Shown here piece by piece: positions 57,217 through 64,000 of a stretch of DNA of 64,000 nt. Position numbers and translations under genes: made by a program. The notes beneath the pieces were generated by a model. It saw nothing but the letters and a program-made list of their open reading frames with translations. It ran no database searches and was not told the origin of the DNA. Positions within the stretch are counted from its first letter, which is position 1. The number at the start of each line of letters is the position of its first letter. Source of the DNA: Octopus vulgaris (lineage: Eukaryota); assembly GCA_951406725.2 (NCBI GenBank), contig OX597833.1, positions 50,096,001 through 50,160,000 of the forward strand, written 5' to 3'.

Positions 57217-57290
<74 letters not shown>

Positions 57291-57411
57291 TACACACACA
57301 CAAACATACACACATACAGGGGCATATAAGACGCATACACACGTGGTTTATGAAAGCATGTGTTTTGTGTTAGCGGATGTATTTATAGATTTAGACATAT
57401 CTACAGAGTTT

Positions 57412-57471
<60 letters not shown>

Positions 57472-57512
57472 GTGTGTGTGTGTGTGTGTGTGTATGTATA
57501 CATATATAAATG

Positions 57513-57846
57513 TGAAGGCGCATGGCTCAGTAGTTAGAGCGTCAAGCTTACAATCGTGAGGTTGTGAGTTTGATTCCCGGACCGGTCTACGTGTTGTGTT
57601 CTTGAGCAAGACACTTTATTTCACGTTGCTCCAGTTAACTCAGCTGTAGAAATGAGTTGCAATGTCAGTAATGCCAAGCTGTATCAACCTTTGACTTTTC
57701 CTTGGATAACATTGGTGGCGTGGAGAAGGGAGGCTGCTATGCATTGGTGATTGCTGGTTTTCCATAAACAACCTTCCCCGGTCTTATGCCTCGGAGGGTA
57801 ATTTTCTAGGTGCAATCCCATGGTGATTCGTGACCGAAGAGGATCT
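57513..57846 (+). mobile_element. SINE family D head and central domain with a different 3' tail
   Basis: tggctcagtagttagagcg..gagtttgattcccgg..cttgagcaagacactttatttcacgttgctccag. Confidence 0.82.
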
Positions 57847-58085
57847 CCTCCTCTCCTCCTCCACACACACACATATATATATAGATAAATAAATAGACAC
57901 ACACGCACGCACACACACACACACACATACACACACACGCACGGAAGGCACCACGGTGCCATGCAACGGGAATGAACTCGAAACCATGTAGTTGAAAAAC
58001 AATCTACTTACCATAAAGCCACGACTGTACCTATATGAATACCAATAATAAATATAACCCGGTAGCTCTCTCTCTCTCTCATATA

Positions 58086-58128
<43 letters not shown>

Positions 58129-58219
58129 CTATGGGCCTCACAACGTAAGTATGAAAGTTGACATTGGTGCAATTTTAACTCAGAACGTAAAGTCGGATGA
58201 CATGCTTGGCGGGAGGTGG

Positions 58220-58392
58220 AGATAAGTCAATGACATCGACCCCAGTGTTCAACTGGTAGTTATTTTATCGACCTCGAAAGCATGAAACGCAAAGTCGACC
58301 TCGACGGAATTTGAACTGGGAGCGTAAAGACAGACGAAATGCCGCTAAGCTTTTGGCCGACGCGCTAACGATTCTGCCAGCTCACCGTCTTT
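58220..58392 (-). mobile_element. Older SINE B-related copy
   Basis: aaagtcgacctcgacggaatttgaac..cgctaacgattctgccagctc. Confidence 0.75.
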
Positions 58393-58399
58393 AGTAATG

Positions 58400-58459
<60 letters not shown>

Positions 58460-59230
58460 TTTACTTTGGCATTAGAAAAATATGCGGGTAGCGGAGTGGA
58501 TATTTATTCAATTTTTCCTTATTTCCGTTGCTGAAAAGCAGATTTAAATCCCTATAGCCTTATCTGAAGAGCTTTATTGATTCAGCGTTTGAATAGTGCG
58601 GAATGCAAGTGAATAAATTGAAAATGTTTAAATATGTCCGTCAAGCCACAATAGCAGGCATATATTGTGTTTTCTTTTGCTGATTAAGTGAGAAAAAAGA
58701 AGGCATTATTATTGATGTTGATAAAAAGAACTAACATTTGTATAAAAAGTATTGTAGTGAATTTATAGAGGGCATCAACGCATGCCCTCGATTGTAACGT
58801 CGGACCTCAAAGGGTCAGGTGTCTGTTTACTGGACTTAGCGCGCATAATAGAAGCCGTATGCAACAACGATGTTCTCTCTCCTTATTTGTTCTAAGTAAA
58901 ACGTTTCTATTATCAGCAGCCTTAGAACAAACAGTTCCAAAGAAAAACTGAAAAAATGGGGATTTCATTAAGTGAAATGTGACAAGCTACGGGGAAGTGA
59001 CAAATCCTTAAACTGACACGCTGTTTCAGTCCTTTATATTTATCTATAGGGGATTGAAGGGCCATTGTTTGTAGACAGAATTACGTCGGTCGTATGGTAG
59101 TGCTTACAAAACAACCTTTTGTTGAGGCGAATTAAGCGGTGGAGAAAAGAGGGAGACTTTGTTAACTGAATTATAGACTACCTATAAAGGAGAAGAACTT
59201 CATAGAAAAGAAAAGTATACTACAGAAAAA

Positions 59231-59430
59231 ATCATACATAGATATTCGGATATTTGAATAGACTCAGAACAAGTACAGGTAAAGTATATATCAAAAAAAT
59301 CATTCATAGATATTCGGATATTTGAATAGACTCAGAACAAGAACAGGTAAAGTATATATCAAAAAAATCATTCATAGATTTTCGGATATTTGAATAGACT
59401 CTGAACATGTACAGGTAAAGTATATATCAA
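59231..59430. repeat. Tandem repeat, 68-bp unit x ~3
   Basis: atcat(a/t)catagat(a/t)ttcggatatttgaatagactc.. starts at 59231, 59299 and 59367. Confidence 0.93.
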
Positions 59431-59534
59431 GGCATTTACGTATTACAAGGTATAACACATATATAAATCTGGTAGTTCTCTCTATCAATGAACATGATGA
59501 CTAGTGAAGAAGACTTGGGGACTAAGACTCGAAG

Positions 59535-59982
59535 AGCGTAGAACAGGATGTGAGCAGAGGGACAAACATGTAGACCAAGAGATGAATGAGGAATACCATG
59601 AGAGGTGAGTATAAACCAAGAGGTGAATGACAAACCATGAGATGTAAGGTGTAAACCAAGAAGTGAGCAGTGTAGACGAAGAGATGGACGGCGTAGATCA
59701 AGAGAGACAGTGTAGACAAAGAATTGAGTGGCATGTAATAACGGGTGAACGACATGGTCCATGAAATGAACAGCGTAGGAGAAGGAAGAGTACAAGCAAA
59801 GAAGGGAACAGTTTGTGGGCAAGAGGTGAATGGCGATGAACAATCGGTAAGCAGTATAGACCAAGAAATGAACGACATGGAACAAGGTGAACAGCATAGA
59901 TCAAAAGGTGAAAGGTACAGACGAAAAAGTGAATGGCGTAGAACAAAAAGTGAACAATATGGACCAATATTTGAGCAGTATA
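59535..59982 (+). other. Degenerate 21-bp repeat encoding V-D-Q-E-V-N-S-like heptads, broken by frameshifts and stops
   Basis: 59651-59704 reads VNQEVSSVDEEMDGVDQE; 59887-59982 reads VNSIDQKVKGTDEKVNGVEQKVNNMDQYLSSI. Confidence 0.7.
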
Positions 59983-59993
59983 CCATTTTAAAA

Positions 59994-60183
59994 CTCTTTT
60001 ACTTGTTTCAGTCATTTGACTGCGGCCATGCTGGAGCACCGCTTTTAGTCGAACAAATTGACCCCAGCACTTATTCTTTGTAAGCCCAGTACTTATTCTA
60101 TCGGTGACATAAACACACCACCATCGGTTGTCAAGCGTTGTTGGGGAGACAAACACAGACACACAAACATATACACACACATG

Positions 60184-60225
<42 letters not shown>

Positions 60226-60393
60226 TACGACGTACTTCTTACAGTTTCTGTCTACCAAATCTACTCAAAAGGCTTTGGTCGGCCCGAGGCTATAGTAGAA
60301 GACACTTGCGCAAGGTGCCACGCAGTGGGACTGAACCAGGAACCATGTGGTTGGTAAGCAAGCTACATACCACACAGCCACTCCTGCGCCTAT
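59994..60393 (-). mobile_element. SINE family A, near full length
   Basis: Consensus match. Confidence 0.92.
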
Positions 60394-60848
60394 AGAATAA
60401 TATTTGAGTGGTCTAAAGCAAAAAGTGAGAAACTGTCAAACTAAGATAGCATCAATATTTATGTTGAAACCATTTCATTGTATCAAATTTGATTTATTCT
60501 TTTGGAAAAGGATGAGCACCTCAACATTGTCTTTAGAAATAGCATAACACTAATGTCTGCTAGATGAGAGCTGACCTGGAGCTAAATTGCAATTGATGAA
60601 TATTTTATTCAACAAATATTCAATCAATAAGGGCGTTTAATGAATTCTGAGATATGGAATTAAACGCTCAATAACATTCAGTCAGCTTTCTGAATCATCC
60701 ATATCTACGCACATTCTTTCATTAAGTAATCAATGCCTTAATTAGCCACGAAATCCCACGTATGTAAATGGTGTTACGAAGGTGCGATATTCAAACAATT
60801 AAATATTTTGTAAAGAGAGCATATTTCAAAAACAAGGCATCATATATC

Positions 60849-61286
60849 AAGATACATCGCGAGAAAATTACATCAAATTGTATATATTCAAATACTTGCT
60901 CCCAAAGCTCTCTTGCTAAGAGTACGCCAGACACATGAATCACAACTATATATGCGCGACAAGATGAACAGAGCATGACCTTGCAGGTGGGGCCCAGTAA
61001 GAATTTTCTTCTAGTCGAATAGCCCATCCCGCTCAAAAGATACATCGCGAGAAAATTACATCAAATTGTATATATTCAAATACTTGCTCCCAAAGCTCTC
61101 TTGCTAAGAGTACGCCAGACACATGAATCACAACTATATATGCGCGACAAGATGAACAGAGCATGACCTTGCAGGTGGGGCCCAGTAAGAATTTTCTTCT
61201 AGTCGAATAGCCCATCCCGCTCAAAAGATACATCGCGAGAAAATTACATCAAATTGTATATATTCAAATACTTGCTACCAAAGCTC
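60849..61286. repeat. Tandem duplication, 188-bp unit x ~2.3, essentially identical
   Basis: aagatacatcgcgagaaaattacatc.. starts at 60849, 61037 and 61225; each unit is unique DNA plus a family E fragment. Confidence 0.93.
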
Positions 61287-61425
61287 GCATGCTCAGATGC
61301 AGTATAATTATACATAAACATATACATATTCGAACATACCCTCGTACTCGCATGAACGCATTCACATACACGCACACATATGCACACAGCATTGTACATA
61401 AGCATATACTACGGTATATTTCTTT

Positions 61426-62431
61426 CATAACACTTCCAATCAGTTAAGATCAGAGGCCATGAGAACCACAGCTTGGTATTGCATCGGGATATTATTAGAA
61501 TATACGAAGCCTAATATATCCATCATGACTACCTGTCTGATAATGGTACGCCAGACACATGAATCCCAACTATATATGGGCGACGTGGTGACCTTATATC
61601 AAGATAAACAGAGCATGACATTGCAGGTGGAGCCCAGTAAGAATTTTCTTCAGGTCAAATAGCCCATCCTGCTCAAAAGGTCCTTAAATAAGGTTTGTTT
61701 CAAGGATGTTGAACGAAACACCTATGTTTCCAGAGGTGAATTATTCAGACCCCAAAGAATTCATCTGAACACATGGCTATGAGGCTCCCCCTACTATTTC
61801 TGCTTGTGGTCAGAGATGCACATATCGTCAGCTACTAAGGGACATGCTCAACTGGTTAAGGTCAAACAACTGACAAGCAAATCTGTGGTATTGAGCAGAA
61901 TATTTGCTGTAGCCCATGTTTTATACCAAGACAAAACATGTACATCATAACACTTCCAATCAGTTATCACTGAGCCAGAGAGCAGAGCACGTCATCAAAG
62001 TGACACTGGGGTAAAATATACGGAAGCCCAACATACCCATCATTACTACCCGTCCCATAGGGGTACATTAGGCACTTGCATCACAACCATGTACGCAACA
62101 TGGTGTTCTCATATCAAGATAAATAGCGCATGGACGATTAGCGCACCCGCTCAAAAGGTCCCTGAATTAGGGTTGTTTGAGGATGTTGAATGAAACACAT
62201 GGCTATGATGCATCCCCACTACTTCTGCTCGAGATCAGAGATGCACATATAATCAGCTACTAAGAGACATGCTCAAGTAGTTACAGTCAAACAACTGACA
62301 AGCAAATATGTGATATTGAGCAGAATATTTGCTGTAGCCCATCTTTTATACCAAGACAAAACAATGTATACGACAAGACTTCCAGTTAAGCTCAAAAACC
62401 ATGAGAGTCACTGTCTGGTACTGCATCAGGG
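61426..62431 (-). mobile_element. Two stacked, rearranged copies of retroposon family E
   Basis: Reverse complement of the 10020-10520 sequence present twice (caaacaactgacaagcaaat..attgagcagaatatttgctgtagccc near 61863 and 62288). Confidence 0.8.
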
Positions 62432-62436
62432 TAATT

Positions 62437-62596
62437 TTCTGAGTTCAAATTCCGCCGAGGTCGACTTTGCCTTTCATCCTTTCGGGGTCGATAAATTAAG
62501 TACCAGTTCACTGGGGTCGATGTAATCGACTTAATCCGTTTGTCTGTCCTTGTTTGTCCCCTCCCCCTGTGTTTAACCCCTTGTGGGTAGTAAAGT
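62437..62596 (+). mobile_element. SINE B, 5'-truncated
   Basis: Consensus match from the B-box onward. Confidence 0.88.
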
Positions 62597-62713
62597 AATA
62601 ATAATAATAATGATAATAATAATAATTATTATTATTATTACTATTATTATTTTCGAAAGATATGGCATTAGTGGTTCAGAATTCAGTATTGACAGTCAGC
62701 ACACATGCATATG

Positions 62714-62823
<110 letters not shown>

Positions 62824-63067
62824 CAAGCACTTCTAGTTCTTCTTCCACCTTGCCACATATGATAATGTTTGTAATTCTCCTAGCAGATGTCTATCTCTTT
62901 CATTTCACTATTTTGATTAAATGCTTGCGAGGAAAGAAAACTTTTCCTTCTGTATACATTAGCCAACTCCTGTATTTTTCTAATAGGTGGTGACGGAACA
63001 TCTATAAATAAACACGTTTACTACTGCCACACTTTGGCGTTATTTATTTATTGTATTTATTCATTAT

Positions 63068-63120
<53 letters not shown>

Positions 63121-63384
63121 GTGGTTGCTTCATTTTTTTCCGCATTGTGGTTTTTCGCCCTAGATTTTTATCATTATTGGCACTCGGAGATTAATCTACA
63201 GTTCAAAAATTTCACGGAGTTTGTCGAAGTTAATGTTTTTGTTTTTTCTAACAAATTTGTGGGAGACACTTCTGTTAGTTTTGCTGTTATCACCGTTGTT
63301 CTTGTGGATTGTAGAATACAGAAGAAAACTCACTTCTAAGATAAGATTTTAATGAGTCAGGCGAAACCTCTCTCTCTCTCTCTC

Positions 63385-63772
63385 TTTTACTCTTTTACTC
63401 GTTTCAGTCATTTGACTGCGGTCATGCTGGAGCACCGCCTTTAGTCCAGCAAATCGACCCCAGGACTTATTCTTTGTAAGCCCAGTACTTATTCTATCGG
63501 TCTCTTTTGCCGTATCGCTAAGTTACGGGGACGTAAACACACCAGCATCGGTTGCCAAGCTGGAAAGAACAAACACAGACACACAAACATATACACACAC
63601 ATACATATATACGACAGGCTTCTTTCAGTTTCCGTCTACCAAATCCACTGATAAGCCTTTGGTCGGCCCGAGGCTATAGCAGAAGACACTTGCCCAAGAT
63701 GCCAGGCAGTGGGACTGAACCCGGAACCATGTGGTTGGTTAGCAAGCTACTTACCACACAGCCGTCCTGCGC
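63385..63772 (-). mobile_element. SINE family A, full length
   Basis: Consensus match. Confidence 0.92.
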
Positions 63773-64000
63773 CGTGACTCAAGATTTCAGATCAAATTCG
63801 AGAGGCGCAGGCATGGCTATGCGATGTCGGATCTAATTCCCTTGCGCGGCACCTTAATGAAGTGTTTTCTACTATAACCCTAGGCTGATAAACGTATTGT
63901 GAGTTAATGGAATCTGTCTGAAAGCCCGGCAGGCGTGACTGTGCGGTAAGAACTCTGCTTCCCAATCACTTAAATGGTTTTGATTTACTGTCAGGTGACT

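Noticed and set aside
46254-61286. Regularly spaced repeats (103, 68 and 188 bp) as possible CRISPR-like arrays
   Set aside because: Whole units repeat with no unique spacers, there are no cas genes, and the context is eukaryotic.

Overview
AT-rich, microsatellite-saturated eukaryotic genomic DNA. The tRNA-derived SINE families and repeat landscape are most consistent with an octopus genome; this is my recognition, not a search result. I can support only one host protein-coding exon: 14135-14385 on the minus strand, with strong splice sites, encoding a CUB-like domain reminiscent of CUB/LDLa receptors such as Drosophila Loaf. The rest looks intronic or intergenic. It holds at least four SINE families (many copies, several with target-site duplications, some as tandem multimers) and a cluster of R4/Dong-type non-LTR 3' ends in (TAA)n. 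It also holds a Merlin-like and a hAT-like MITE, non-autonomous Helitrons, a mariner relic with a micro-inversion, two long hairpins, local tandem duplications and a decayed 21-bp heptad-coding repeat. Nearly all ORFs in the supplied track are microsatellite or SINE read-throughs. I see no convincing new multi-gene system; the findings are mostly transposon-biology oddities.
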